From Pseudobdellovibrionaceae bacterium (lineage in GTDB: Bacteria; Bdellovibrionota; Bdellovibrionia; Bdellovibrionales; UBA1609): a DNA stretch of 64,000 bases. Position 1 is the stretch's first letter; the number at the start of each line of letters is the position of its first letter. The notes under the pieces are model-generated. The model did no database searches and had not been told where the DNA came from. It worked only from the letters and a program-made list of their open reading frames with translations. Below are positions 9,242 to 18,190 of the stretch, one piece after another. A program made the translations under genes and the position numbers. The stretch lies in assembly GCA_030591685.1 (NCBI GenBank), contig JAUVAX010000004.1, positions 40,230 to 104,229 of the forward strand. Direction: 5' to 3'.

Positions 9242-10859
9242 AATTTTAACAGGACAGCAGGCCGGGGGCACCTTCCCCCTAAGCCCTGGGACTAACACCC
9301 TGGGCCGGTCACCACGCTGTGGTATTGTCATTGAAAGCCCTGGTGTTTCTAAAGAGCATGCGAAGATTGATGTTTTAAATGATAAAATCATTGTTACAGA
9401 TATGAAGTCAAGCAACGGAACCTTTGTAGACGGTATAAAAATAAAAACACAAAGCATTACATTAGGGCAAAAATTCTCTTTGCATAATATAATTATGGAT
9501 GTAGCAAAAGTCCAAGCAGAGCAAAACGTTGGCTCCAACAATCAAAATCAACAGCACCAGCCCTTTTCTGAAAACGCTGAATACGACATAAATCAACACC
9601 CTTACCCTGACCCTCAAATTCATGCACAAGCCCCTCAGCAAGGAGCACCAGCGGAGCCACCGAGTAATGATCCACAGGGGCCAATAAATTTAGCCAAAAA
9701 TTACATCGATAATGTTGTTATGCCCGGTGTTTATAAAATCCCAGAGAACCTTGAGTTTAAATGGACTTTAGGTGTTTTTATTATTTGTTTTATTCTTTTC
9801 GTAACAGCTCTGTCGGGCATACCAATGATGAGAATTTTAAAAGACAGTATTCAAACTGAAAGTCGAAGGCGAGCTGTAACTATTGCTAAAACCGTTGCTG
9901 AGTTCAACAAGAACAATGTCGCACAAGGGATTAACTCTGCCCTAACAACTGTTTTTGCCGCCAAAGAACCCGGCGTTGATAAGGCTTACATATTAGATGC
10001 TCTTGATCAAAGTATTTTAGCACCTCCTGTTATGGCCGGTAAATACCCTAATACACCCTTTGTTCTTGAAGCCACTAAAAATGGCAATAATACAAATGTT
10101 AAACAAATAAATAGCTCAACCATTGTCGCCGTAGTAGGGATTCCTGTTTACAATACAGAAACGGGCGAAAACAGTAACCGAGCTTATGCCGTTGTCGAGT
10201 ACAACATGGGTCAACTGGCCGTCAGTGACTCAAAAACAATCAGTCTATTTGTTCAAACTTTATTTATTGCTCTAGTAACTGGGGCCATATTATTTCTCAT
10301 TATGTATAAAGTTATCACTCGACCAATTATTGACATAAACCGACAACTGGATCAGGCATTGACTGAATCCGGAAGCGAGATAACAAGCTCTTACCAATTT
10401 AAAGAGCTACAAAGCCTAATCTCAAACATAAATAGCAGCCTCAGTCGGGCCTTTTCTGGAGATAACAGTGACGATTCTGCGAACCCTCACGTTTTCTATG
10501 ACAGAAGTAGTGAGATGGATAACATGGTTCAAGTCATTGGCTTTCCGGCCATTGCCATTCAAGCCTCAGACAAAACTATTACGGCCATTAATGTTGGCTT
10601 TGAGGAAAAAACAAACCACTCAATTCCTGATCTATTGTACGGGGAACTCGATAAAATCCTTGATCAAGCTTTGCGCTTAAGTATTGTTGATCTCATTGAG
10701 ACGGTCGCCCAAGCTCCAGACAAGATGGCTACAAACCAACTTGATATTAATGGTGAATCCTTCGACATTACGGCCCACGGAATATACGGAACAAACGAAT
10801 TGGCGTACTATATAATAGTACTTCTCCCTACAACTTTAGATGATGGGGGGCATGTATGA
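9228..10859 (+). CDS. membrane FHA-domain protein with periplasmic sensor-like domain, HAMP-like linker and PAS-like C-terminus
   Basis: N-terminal FHA (TNTLGRSPRCGIVIESPGVSKEHAKIDVLNDKIIVTDMKSSNGTFVDG), then a Gln/Pro-rich linker. TM1 is LGVFIICFILFVTALSGIP, followed by ~150 aa extracytoplasmic and TM2 LFVQTLFIALVTGAILFLIMY. VITRPIIDINRQLDQAL is HAMP-like. The ~130-aa C-terminal domain has no recognisable catalytic output. Confidence 0.8.
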   Translation: MWVLRILTGQQAGGTFPLSPGTNTLGRSPRCGIVIESPGVSKEHAKIDVLNDKIIVTDMKSSNGTFVDGIKIKTQSITLGQKFSLHNIIMDVAKVQAEQNVGSNNQNQQHQPFSENAEYDINQHPYPDPQIHAQAPQQGAPAEPPSNDPQGPINLAKNYIDNVVMPGVYKIPENLEFKWTLGVFIICFILFVTALSGIPMMRILKDSIQTESRRRAVTIAKTVAEFNKNNVAQGINSALTTVFAAKEPGVDKAYILDALDQSILAPPVMAGKYPNTPFVLEATKNGNNTNVKQINSSTIVAVVGIPVYNTETGENSNRAYAVVEYNMGQLAVSDSKTISLFVQTLFIALVTGAILFLIMYKVITRPIIDINRQLDQALTESGSEITSSYQFKELQSLISNINSSLSRAFSGDNSDDSANPHVFYDRSSEMDNMVQVIGFPAIAIQASDKTITAINVGFEEKTNHSIPDLLYGELDKILDQALRLSIVDLIETVAQAPDKMATNQLDINGESFDITAHGIYGTNELAYYIIVLLPTTLDDGGHV

Positions 10860-11788
10860 CAGCACTAGCTAATCGACCACGCCCTGCTTATGAGTATGGC
10901 ATAAAAGTAATCAGTGGCCCCGACACGGGGTCAACATATAAAATAGTATCTTCGTCGATTACCATTGGGAGAAGCTCTGACAACGATATAATTATTAACC
11001 ATGACACCAAGTGTAGTCGTCAGCACGCACAAATTATTTTTGATACTCAAGGTATTAAGATTATTCGATTGAGTGACAACAATAGTATTAAGGTTAATGG
11101 TCATGAAATTGAGCGCGCCTTTCTGGAAAATAAAAGTATTATCCTAATTGGTGGCACTAAACTACAGTTCATAATTAAAAGCACAGCCCCCTCTATTAGC
11201 AAGAGGCCACATAATATTAGTTCAAACAATCACCCCTCTTCACAGGAAAAGAGTAAGAAAACATTTTATACTTTGCTTCTGGTCGTTGCCGCATTTTTTA
11301 TATTTATATTATCTGAAGATAGTAAAAAGAATTTAAATAAATTAGATGGCATAAATAATGATCAACTCATTGAGGATCAAGTCGAGGAACGTAGAAAAGT
11401 TTTAAAGGCTTTTGAAAAGCAAAAATTTAGATCAGGAAAGAATTCAATAATGTATAAGCAGGCCCAAGCCTCTTATTTAAAAGGGTTTAGAGATTTTAAA
11501 TACGGCCTATACAGTCGAAGTATTGACTCGCTTCAGGCTTGTTTATCCCTGCAACCTAATCATACTTTATGTAAGCGATATATTAATTTATCTAAAATTA
11601 AATTTGATGAGCTTATTCAGGAAAACTTAAGGGTTGGACTACAATATAAAAATCAAAACCAATATGCCGCTTGCAAGAAAACCTATCAAAATGTCATGTT
11701 TTTATTAAAAGATCGTACCAGTAAAACCTTTCAAGAGGCCCGCAGTAACTTTATTTACTGCAATACCCTGATGAAAGGAGCTTATTAG
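10856..11788 (+). CDS. membrane FHA-domain protein with TPR-like C-terminal region
   Basis: FHA core SSITIGRSSDNDIIINHDTKCSRQHAQIIFDTQGIKIIRLSDNNSIKVNG. A single TM (FYTLLLVVAAFFIFILS) follows, then a helical-repeat C-terminus. The start overlaps the upstream stop (ATGA). Confidence 0.8.
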   Translation: MTALANRPRPAYEYGIKVISGPDTGSTYKIVSSSITIGRSSDNDIIINHDTKCSRQHAQIIFDTQGIKIIRLSDNNSIKVNGHEIERAFLENKSIILIGGTKLQFIIKSTAPSISKRPHNISSNNHPSSQEKSKKTFYTLLLVVAAFFIFILSEDSKKNLNKLDGINNDQLIEDQVEERRKVLKAFEKQKFRSGKNSIMYKQAQASYLKGFRDFKYGLYSRSIDSLQACLSLQPNHTLCKRYINLSKIKFDELIQENLRVGLQYKNQNQYAACKKTYQNVMFLLKDRTSKTFQEARSNFIYCNTLMKGAY

Positions 11789-11790
11789 AA

Positions 11791-13830
11791 ATGAAACTTA
11801 AAGTCACACTTCATGGTCAGATAATTCACGAGCTTTCCTTAGACGAGCAACGGGAGTATATTGTTGGTCGAGGAAATAATTGTGACATAGTCCTTAGTGG
11901 TGAGCGTGGCATTTCAAAAAAACATATAAAATTTTACTTTAATGGCCAAAATTGGGAGGCTGTGCTTTTATCAAAATACGGGGCCCTTCTTTGCAAAGGG
12001 GAGAGCCACACTCAATTAGATTTAGTTGAAGACATTCATTTTTCCACCCCCCCTTTTGAGTTCAACTTCACCATAGAGGCAAGGCTCTCATTGTCCGACG
12101 ACAGCAGCGGTGTGCAGGAGAATAATGAGGCTCACAGTGCTCAGATAGAGGATGACTTACGACTCGTCGACGAAGACGATCCCGCTAACCTTGAACCCTC
12201 TAGCTCCCCTGAGCACCAGGCCCATGATACGGATAGCAGTTCACAAAGTGAAACGCCTGGAAACCTAGAGCCCACTCAAGTCATCTCACCAATTTTAGAT
12301 GCAATACTGCAAATTAAGTACCCTGATGGTGTGAATGAGTCCGTAAGGCTCACCGGAAACGCCTGGACTGCTGGCAGGAGTCCAGGTTGTGAAATTTATA
12401 TCAATAATGATAATGTCAGCCGCGATCATTTTGAAATTGAAAAAAGGAATGATGGATTTTACATCACAGACCTCAAAAGTTCAAATGGAACAAAAGTTAA
12501 TGGTGATAAGTTAACTCCACATGTTTACGTTAAACTTGAGAGTGGATCTAGTATTAATATTAAAAAAATTATTTTAATTTTTACACTCAAAAATAATGAG
12601 TTTTCTAAAAGCCTAGATCTTATTAGCGATGAGGCGCCTGCGTCTGGCTCTCCACACTACTTAGTTCCGGCAGCAGACCCACAACCAAGCATTACCCCAT
12701 TATATATGACCCCCATAAACTCTGGCCCTGCTGTGGTTAGAGTGCCTCCTGAAAAATTTAATTTATCTGAATTTCGAACGTATAACTCTAAACACAAAAT
12801 TAGAGCTATAGCTCTTTTACTTTTACCTTTATTTGCCTGGGTATTGCTCTCAGATAGCCCTGAAAAGAAAAATCAATCGAGCACAAAACCCTCCGCTCCC
12901 TATGACAAATTAACAGAAACTCAAAAAGAATCTCTGTCTCACTCTTTAGAAATGGCTCAAGTACACTATAATGGAAAGAAATTTGCTCTATGCCTATCTG
13001 AAATGAGTAAAATACATATTGTGCTTCCGTCAGGTCACGGCAACTCAAAGCAGTTAGAAGTGTTTTGTAAAAGCGCAAAACAACAATCCAATCATATTAA
13101 AATGCTGAGTGAACAGCGTGCCGAGGCTCAGAAAAACCAAGAAATCGCCGAAAGAGTTGTTTCTGAATGCCGTGACCAGGTGAGCACCTTTAATACCTTA
13201 CCTGAAGTCGACTCATGTTTGTCTGAGGCCAGCGAACTTGTTGGCCATGAACATGAGTCTATTTTAGAGGTTCGACAAAAGGTTATTGATAAAATTAAAA
13301 AAATTGAAGCCGAACGAGCCAACAGGCAAAGCTATGTGAGAAGGCTCGCGACAGGAAAAGCAATGTTTAATCGGGCCATAAAACTCTACAGAGGGAACAA
13401 ATATAGAAAATCAATCTCTCAACTTAAAAAATTTATTGCCTCATCATACCCTGACCCAAATAATAATAAAAATACAGCGCGCAAAGCATTAAAAGAGGCT
13501 CGCTCTAAACTTTCCGTAATGGTTAATAAATCTCTTCGTGAGTGCAAAAGCCTGCTTGGACAAAATAAATTTAGGGATGCTATGAAGATGTGTAAAAAAG
13601 CAGAGTCCCAAGACCCTAGAAATCCCAAAATTAGCGCCTTAAAGTCTGAGGTTAGAAAAAAGCTCTCTATACGAATGAAGGAGTTTTATCAAAATGCCTC
13701 TATCGAGGAGAACTTTGGGAACATAGAGGCCGCCAAGGACCTTTGGAGTAAAATAGCAACCGAGGACTTCCCCTCTGGAAGTCAATACTACCGCAAAGCT
13801 CGAGGCAAACTCAAGCTGTATGGATTATAA
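11791..13830 (+). CDS. membrane protein with two FHA domains and TPR/coiled-coil C-terminal region
   Basis: FHA-1 is YIVGRGNNCDIVLSGERGISKKHIKFYF. FHA-2 is WTAGRSPGCEIYINNDNVSRDHFEIEKRNDGFYITDLKSSNGTKVNG. An acidic Ser-rich linker separates them. The TM is IRAIALLLLPLFAWVLL, and the long helical C-terminus is TPR-like. Confidence 0.8.
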   Translation: MKLKVTLHGQIIHELSLDEQREYIVGRGNNCDIVLSGERGISKKHIKFYFNGQNWEAVLLSKYGALLCKGESHTQLDLVEDIHFSTPPFEFNFTIEARLSLSDDSSGVQENNEAHSAQIEDDLRLVDEDDPANLEPSSSPEHQAHDTDSSSQSETPGNLEPTQVISPILDAILQIKYPDGVNESVRLTGNAWTAGRSPGCEIYINNDNVSRDHFEIEKRNDGFYITDLKSSNGTKVNGDKLTPHVYVKLESGSSINIKKIILIFTLKNNEFSKSLDLISDEAPASGSPHYLVPAADPQPSITPLYMTPINSGPAVVRVPPEKFNLSEFRTYNSKHKIRAIALLLLPLFAWVLLSDSPEKKNQSSTKPSAPYDKLTETQKESLSHSLEMAQVHYNGKKFALCLSEMSKIHIVLPSGHGNSKQLEVFCKSAKQQSNHIKMLSEQRAEAQKNQEIAERVVSECRDQVSTFNTLPEVDSCLSEASELVGHEHESILEVRQKVIDKIKKIEAERANRQSYVRRLATGKAMFNRAIKLYRGNKYRKSISQLKKFIASSYPDPNNNKNTARKALKEARSKLSVMVNKSLRECKSLLGQNKFRDAMKMCKKAESQDPRNPKISALKSEVRKKLSIRMKEFYQNASIEENFGNIEAAKDLWSKIATEDFPSGSQYYRKARGKLKLYGL

Positions 13831-14506
13831 TATGACCCTAAAAGAGGCCTCCTATGGAGGCAAATTATTTAGACCAAAGCCTGAAGTCGTACTCGATCAA
13901 GGCTTAAACTTATTTTGCATTGCAACTTCTTGGTCAACAAAACAAGCTGCAGAGACTTTTACTGATGGAATCATTAAAAATTACTCCCTTCTAAGTCAGG
14001 ACCAAGAGGCCACATCGCCTTTTGATTTTTTATCTGATTTAACGATTGAACAAAACAACTTAAGAACAGCTATTTTGCTGGCAAACGACGACCTTATTAA
14101 AAATAATAGTAAAGAGTACACGCAAGGAATAGAGCTTTTCGTAGGTTTAAAGTTAAGAAATGAATTTTTATGGGCACAAATTGGAAATCCTAGTTTTTTT
14201 ATCAAAAAGGATAAAGATCAACTTATCTCTCTGGGATCGCAGAAAGATTTGAGTTTTGATTTCAGCAGTGATCAGTCTCTCCCCCCCCTTCCCGATGAAT
14301 TGCTCGGGATAAATAAAAGACCTCTCATTCACGTTCAAAGCTTAAAAGCATCAAATCGTGACAAATTTTATTTTATTAGTCATAGTCAGATAGGCACTGC
14401 AATACAAACGGGCTCCATTGACTCACTTGACACTTTGTCTAAAAAGCTTTCAGACAAAATGCCCTTGCATCCTTTTTGGATCGGAGAAATTAATTTTTCT
14501 CAATAG
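13820..14506 (+). CDS. PP2C-fold-like protein lacking catalytic Asp motifs (candidate pseudophosphatase)
   Basis: LFCIATSWSTKQAAETF aligns with the PP2C motif F.VADGMGGH..GE.AS. GIELFVGLKLRNEFLWAQIGNPSFFIKKD aligns with GTTLV....g..l.vanvGDSRaYl.r.g. In both the metal-binding Asp residues are replaced (ATSWST, GNPSFF). Coding status is reasonably supported (coupled start); the fold assignment is tentative. Confidence 0.45.
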   Translation: MDYNMTLKEASYGGKLFRPKPEVVLDQGLNLFCIATSWSTKQAAETFTDGIIKNYSLLSQDQEATSPFDFLSDLTIEQNNLRTAILLANDDLIKNNSKEYTQGIELFVGLKLRNEFLWAQIGNPSFFIKKDKDQLISLGSQKDLSFDFSSDQSLPPLPDELLGINKRPLIHVQSLKASNRDKFYFISHSQIGTAIQTGSIDSLDTLSKKLSDKMPLHPFWIGEINFSQ

Positions 14507-14897
14507 TAATTGCAAATTTTTTAATTCCTGCTGATTTTACAGCATCTATAACTGAGACGACATCACCATGGGAAACAGCTTTGTCAGCCGAGATAATCGC
14601 TTGTGCCGCGGGGTTTACTGATGAAACCTCTTTAGCCCTTTCATTAATGTCCTTAATACTGCTCACCTTGCCATTAAGCATGACCTGTCCACTTGAGGTA
14701 ATAGTAATATTAAATTTAGACGGTGTTGTTTGCTCGCCGCTAACGGCATCCGGTAAATTAACACTAATACTTGGCTTCATGATCAGTGGGGTTGTAACCA
14801 TAAATATAATTAAAACCACCAATATGATATCCACAAAAGGAACAATGTTAATTTCTGAAATGGGCCCTTCGTCAGAGCCACTAAGCTTTGCACCCAT
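14490..14897 (-). CDS. exbD: ExbD/TolR-family biopolymer transport protein
   Basis: SEINIVPFVDIILVVLIIFMV is the ExbD/TolR TM motif with its conserved Asp. The gene is 135 aa and lies directly downstream of exbB. Confidence 0.85.
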   Translation of the reverse strand: MGAKLSGSDEGPISEINIVPFVDIILVVLIIFMVTTPLIMKPSISVNLPDAVSGEQTTPSKFNITITSSGQVMLNGKVSSIKDINERAKEVSSVNPAAQAIISADKAVSHGDVVSVIDAVKSAGIKKFAITIEKN

Positions 14898-14900
14898 AAT

Positions 14901-15524
14901 TTACCTTTTTATTTTGCTATAAGCTAAGCATAACTCTTTTACGCTCTCAAGACTTTGCATAATAGACTTCACTTGCTTTTGATACACATTAAAAGCAATC
15001 ACAGCAGGGATTGCCACCATTAAACCTATTGCCGTAGCCACCAAGGCCTTAGAAATACCAATCATTACAGCCGCGGCATCTCCTTGACTTGTAGCTAAGC
15101 CTCTAAAAGCATCCATTATTCCAAAAACAGTCCCTAATAAACCAATAAATGGTGCGTTAGAACCCACGGTCGCAAGAAAGTTTAAAAATTTATCAAGCTT
15201 TGGTTTTTGCGTAAGAGCGTAGGTATTAAAAATTTCATCCACACCATCGGGCCCATTATCTTCTATATGCTTTAGTGCGTAATTAAGCGCACGCCCCTCA
15301 AAAGACGTCATGTCTTTGCCTATATCTTGAACATGGCTATAGTCATTACTTTGTAAGATTTCACTCACTTGAGAGCTTACTTTTAAAGAGTGGTCCCTGT
15401 AACTTTTTAAAGCCAACCACCTTTCTATAATAAACGCAATGCTTAGAATGCTTAGAATGATTAAAACATAAAGGGTTATTTCGTGGCCCGCCTCAGCTAT
15501 TACAAAAAATTGATCTGTTAACAT
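14901..15524 (-). CDS. exbB: MotA/TolQ/ExbB proton channel protein
   Basis: LATVGSNAPFIGLLGTVFGIMDAF and ALVATAIGLMVAIPAVIAFN are canonical ExbB/TolQ TM2/TM3 motifs. Confidence 0.85.
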   Translation of the reverse strand: MLTDQFFVIAEAGHEITLYVLIILSILSIAFIIERWLALKSYRDHSLKVSSQVSEILQSNDYSHVQDIGKDMTSFEGRALNYALKHIEDNGPDGVDEIFNTYALTQKPKLDKFLNFLATVGSNAPFIGLLGTVFGIMDAFRGLATSQGDAAAVMIGISKALVATAIGLMVAIPAVIAFNVYQKQVKSIMQSLESVKELCLAYSKIKR

Positions 15525-15699
15525 TTACTTCTCCTAAATGTGAATCCTCTTAAGTATGTATTTTTGACCGGCAGATGGTCAAGGGACAACCAAAAATGTT
15601 TACAAAATTTTCTACTTTTTTTATCATATATCAAACCCTCCCGCAGATAACACTGCAAAGTCCCTGGACATCAAATCTAAATACTCATAAAATGATCCC

Positions 15700-17478
15700 A
15701 TGCGCATCTTCTTACTAATAATCATCATTTTTTTATCGCTGAGTTGCTCAAGGCAAAATTCACCCAAAAACTCTATTCTTATTGTTGCCGTCGAGGGGCT
15801 CAGCTTTAACGACTTATCGTGCGAACCCACGAACATATCTGTTGAGGGTCCTGGCTTACAGACCCTATGTGCCGCATCGGTAAGGTTTACACATGCCCAT
15901 GCCCCCTCAACAATGACTCAAGCAAATATCACATCTATCTTAACCGGACTCTACCCCGTAGAACATATGGTAAAACATAACGGAGGCCATTTTTTAAATG
16001 AATCCTTTAAAACAGCCGCTGAACTTGCTTTAGAAAATGGGTACCGAACCTCCTACTTCTCCTCTGGAGCTCCCTCGCTTAGAAAGTCAGGGATCAACCA
16101 AGGCTTTGAAACATTCAATGATCAAGTTAATATTGGCCTGAACACACAGTATCGCCCAGCCAGTGATGTTATAAGGCTCTTTAATGCCTGGACGACTCAA
16201 CAAAACCTTGAGGCCCCATTTTTTAGCCTTATCTATTTAAGCGATCTTTCCTTCCCATATGTATCTACCAAAAACGAGCTTAATGAGGTTCGCAACAAAA
16301 CAAGGTCCAGCCAATTACTTGAAATCAGTGAATCTATTAATAAATTAATTATAAAATTAAAAAAAAGTAATCGCTACGACTCCACTTATATAATCCTTCT
16401 AGGAGTCAACGGGTACAGCTCACAAAATACAATCAAGGAGCTCCCCGTGACTTCACTACGATCAAAATACACACATGTAGTTTTAAATGTGAAGCCCGCT
16501 CAAAAGAAAAGGGACCTTGCTATTAAATGGAAATTTGATAGCAATGTATCTCTTGTTGATGTTGGTCAGACTCTGCTAGAAATTATTACGCCTAATACTT
16601 ATAATGCAAAGCCCGGACCTCTACAAAAGGCCTCCTTACTTTCAATAATTACTGATAATAAAATTTCATGGGTCAAAAAGCCAATACTCTTAGAAACCGC
16701 CTGGCCCCAATGGAGGAATTTATCAGGCATTAGGTATGCATTAAGGAAAAATCAGTTTTTACATCTCTATGATAGTCCCTCTACTATTTACAATACATTT
16801 GTGGATAAACATGAGCTTCGCCCCCTAGATAACTCTAGCGCCTTGGCTCAAGAAATTCAAAAAGAAGCCAAGAGCATCTTTAATCAATTTAACATAAAAC
16901 CCTGGGCTGGCATTAATAACTATAGCATTACAAAACTAAAGGTCGCCCAAGCCACATGGAGAGATAACCCTGACCCCGCCTCTATTTATAACATTAAGCA
17001 ACTGCTCGCTGAAAACCCCAATGATAAAGAAATCGTCAACTGGCTCGCCAAACTTTATTTAAAGACAAAATCGTGGACACAGCTAAAGCAGCTCGCCATT
17101 AAAACACACTCCTTAGATTGGCTATTTGTGGCCCAAAAAAATTTAAATTTACCGCAAATAGTAAACCCTAAAAGCTGTCTAAAATTTTTAACCCTCAAAA
17201 TTAAAAAGCTGACCCATAAACAGTGCGGTGACAAGCCCTTTGTGGCCGGGTTCAACTATTTAAAATCAAACAACAGCCCTAGCCTTTTTAATAAATTCAT
17301 AAATCAGTACCGAAAGGAAAAGATAAGCGAATCTGTTTTGAAGTATAATTATTCACAATTTTTAACTTTAGATACAAACATTAACATTAAAATAAAGCCT
17401 TCCCTTGTCGACATGGCCCTTAGCCTGCCAGAGTTTAGAAAAGCCGCAATGCTCGTTAAAAAATCTTTCTCTAAGTAG
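15700..17478 (+). CDS. alkaline-phosphatase-superfamily (sulfatase-like) lipoprotein with Thr at the nucleophile position, plus helical-repeat C-terminus
   Basis: Signal/lipobox-like IIIFLSLSCS. ILIVAVEGLSFNDL and HAPSTMTQANITSILTGLYP align with the sulfatase metal-site and C-x-P-x-R..LLTG signature. Thr replaces Cys/Ser, and the Pro and Arg of the signature are absent. Confidence 0.6.
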   Translation: MRIFLLIIIIFLSLSCSRQNSPKNSILIVAVEGLSFNDLSCEPTNISVEGPGLQTLCAASVRFTHAHAPSTMTQANITSILTGLYPVEHMVKHNGGHFLNESFKTAAELALENGYRTSYFSSGAPSLRKSGINQGFETFNDQVNIGLNTQYRPASDVIRLFNAWTTQQNLEAPFFSLIYLSDLSFPYVSTKNELNEVRNKTRSSQLLEISESINKLIIKLKKSNRYDSTYIILLGVNGYSSQNTIKELPVTSLRSKYTHVVLNVKPAQKKRDLAIKWKFDSNVSLVDVGQTLLEIITPNTYNAKPGPLQKASLLSIITDNKISWVKKPILLETAWPQWRNLSGIRYALRKNQFLHLYDSPSTIYNTFVDKHELRPLDNSSALAQEIQKEAKSIFNQFNIKPWAGINNYSITKLKVAQATWRDNPDPASIYNIKQLLAENPNDKEIVNWLAKLYLKTKSWTQLKQLAIKTHSLDWLFVAQKNLNLPQIVNPKSCLKFLTLKIKKLTHKQCGDKPFVAGFNYLKSNNSPSLFNKFINQYRKEKISESVLKYNYSQFLTLDTNINIKIKPSLVDMALSLPEFRKAAMLVKKSFSK

Positions 17479-17543
17479 CACTAGTTTCTTATTATACTGA
17501 AGGTTTTCCCCTTATAGGGCTGAGCCCCTAAGACATAAGAGCC

Positions 17544-18188
17544 TTATGACATGTGATTTTTGAACTGAATCATTAGTTCTTTTTTAAATTCATCAATATT
17601 CACTTTCACACCAAGGTCCTCTAACGAGGTCATCACTGAGGTTGAAAACCCACAGGGAGTAATACCAGTGAAAGACTTCTCGTCACTCATTATATTAATG
17701 GCGGCTCCATGATAGGTAATCCATTTTTTAACTGCAATACCTATAGATGCTATTTTTTTTTCTCCCACCCAAACTCCTGTATAACTTAACCGAGAGTCTG
17801 TATTATTTACTTCAGGCAGGCGAACAGAGGCCTTAATAGCGAATTTATGTAAAGTCTCAATCAACACCCGCTCAAGATGCCTAAGGTACTCGTGAATGTC
17901 TCTTTTTTTAAAAGAGCTTCTCAGTTTGTTATCTAAATTTATGAGTGGGTAAATGACTAACTGACCTGGACCATGATAGGTCGCTCGCCCCCCCCTGGAG
18001 GTTTCAACCACATCCCCATCCCAACTTTGTAAATCCTCAGGTTTTGAGGCTCTGCCAAGAGTCACAACCGGAGGATGGGTGCAAAAAACAATAATTTCTT
18101 GTTTGTCTTTATATACTTGCTCCAATAAATGGAGCTGACGATTAAGGGCCTGTTCATAATCAATGAGCCCCCAGTCCTGAAACTTCAC
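17544..18188 (-). CDS. lipB: lipoyl(octanoyl) transferase
   Basis: CTHPPVVTLGRASKPEDL, RGGRATYHGPGQLVIYPL and KKIASIGIAVKKWITYHG are LipB motifs, including the catalytic Lys and Cys regions. Confidence 0.9.
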   Translation of the reverse strand: MKFQDWGLIDYEQALNRQLHLLEQVYKDKQEIIVFCTHPPVVTLGRASKPEDLQSWDGDVVETSRGGRATYHGPGQLVIYPLINLDNKLRSSFKKRDIHEYLRHLERVLIETLHKFAIKASVRLPEVNNTDSRLSYTGVWVGEKKIASIGIAVKKWITYHGAAINIMSDEKSFTGITPCGFSTSVMTSLEDLGVKVNIDEFKKELMIQFKNHMS

Positions 18189-18190
18189 AA

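Noticed and set aside
9224-9684. 105-aa and 63-aa - strand ORFs opposite the first FHA gene
   Set aside because: The + strand encodes a textbook FHA domain at exactly this position. The antisense ORFs have no motif.
15441-15458. Perfect 9-bp tandem duplication gcttagaat x2 inside exbB
   Set aside because: It is in frame and simply encodes ILSILSI within TM1. It is most likely a benign slippage duplication with no indication of phase variation.
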